DNA from: Blepharisma stoltei ATCC 30299
Lineage: Eukaryota; Protista; Ciliophora
NCBI GenBank assembly: GCA_965603825.1
Contig: CBFDEM010000002.1
Span: forward strand, 744,001-808,000
Reading direction: 5' to 3'
DNA length: 64,000 bases
Under the pieces are notes generated by a model. That model saw only the letters and a list, made by a program, of their open reading frames with translations, ran no database searches and had not been told where the DNA came from. This document shows, one piece after another, positions 63,387-64,000 of this stretch (its first letter is position 1; the number at the start of each line of letters is the position of its first letter). The position numbers and the translations under genes are program-made.

Positions 63387-64000
63387 GTTTGCAAGGTTTT
63401 ATAGATTATTTCGTTAGGAATATTGAGATTTATTTGTCTCCCCAGTATTTAACCTTTATTATGTAACTTGGCATGATAAATTTAGTCCTTATAGTAAATA
63501 TACCCTATTATCAGCTAATGCTTTTAAATCAATTTTTAATTGATAATATGGAATATTTTCTAAATAGTAGTGGGCTAGACTGTCTTGCAGCTATGCTATA
63601 AAGAATCTAGACATTAGAAAATTTTACATTATTTGCCACACTTTTCTTTCAGAAATATTTTTCCGCTTTGAAATTCTTATTCAATCATTACAAACTAAAT
63701 TTTCAGATTTTATTTTACTAAACAAGGAAATATTGAAGGGAGCTTTTCATTTGCAAAGTTCTATAGAGATGCTGGAGACATCAATGATACTGTAAACTTC
63801 TTAATTTTTCAAGGCTACCAAGTAGAAGGTATTATCGCAATCTTTAAAAGTGAAAATGATACATTAATTTATTCTGCGCTCTATGGAAAAATCAACAAAA
63901 ATGATTGTATTCGCTCCTCAGTTTGCCAGCTTATTTAAAAAAACCTATAAAATTATTCAAATACATGAAATCTTGTGCTCAACGTATGGAGGCTCATATA

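Noticed and set aside
1-64000. CRISPR arrays, rRNA, tRNA, DNA transposons with TIRs
   Set aside because: None recognisable by eye

Overview
AT-rich, gene-dense eukaryotic DNA from a heterotrich ciliate, most likely Blepharisma. UGA is read as Trp, genes end in TAA/TAG, and introns are 15-16 nt (GTA...A-nnn-AG with an invariant A at -6). The supplied ORF track is therefore fragmented and many of its ORFs join into longer genes. Single-copy regions (1-16.2 kb and 42-64 kb) encode a GABA aminotransferase, PLAC8, a previously hidden 67-aa Cys-rich protein, a 2481-aa VPS13, an ankyrin-DHHC palmitoyltransferase, EFHB, proteasome alpha4, V-ATPase H, three tandem DFN kinases, a Rab2-like GTPase, an SK-like K+ channel and surface proteins. 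The middle (about 15.4-41.7 kb) is a birth-and-death tandem array of ABCG half-transporters and AIG1/septin-like GTPases. The main discovery is a set of non-LTR-retrotransposon-derived inserts with (TAAT)n tails and decayed target duplications. They sit in the GTPase DTPG motif (2.25 kb and 0.3 kb versions with shared ends but different RT-derived interiors) and next to the ABC signature. At each site, precise TA/direct-repeat DNA excision (IES-like) would restore the frame across the junction. In the GTPases an in-frame long GT-AG splice would also work. A fourth, 83-bp TA-bounded insert lies in an intron of a duplicated gene. All analysis was by eye; no database searches were run.
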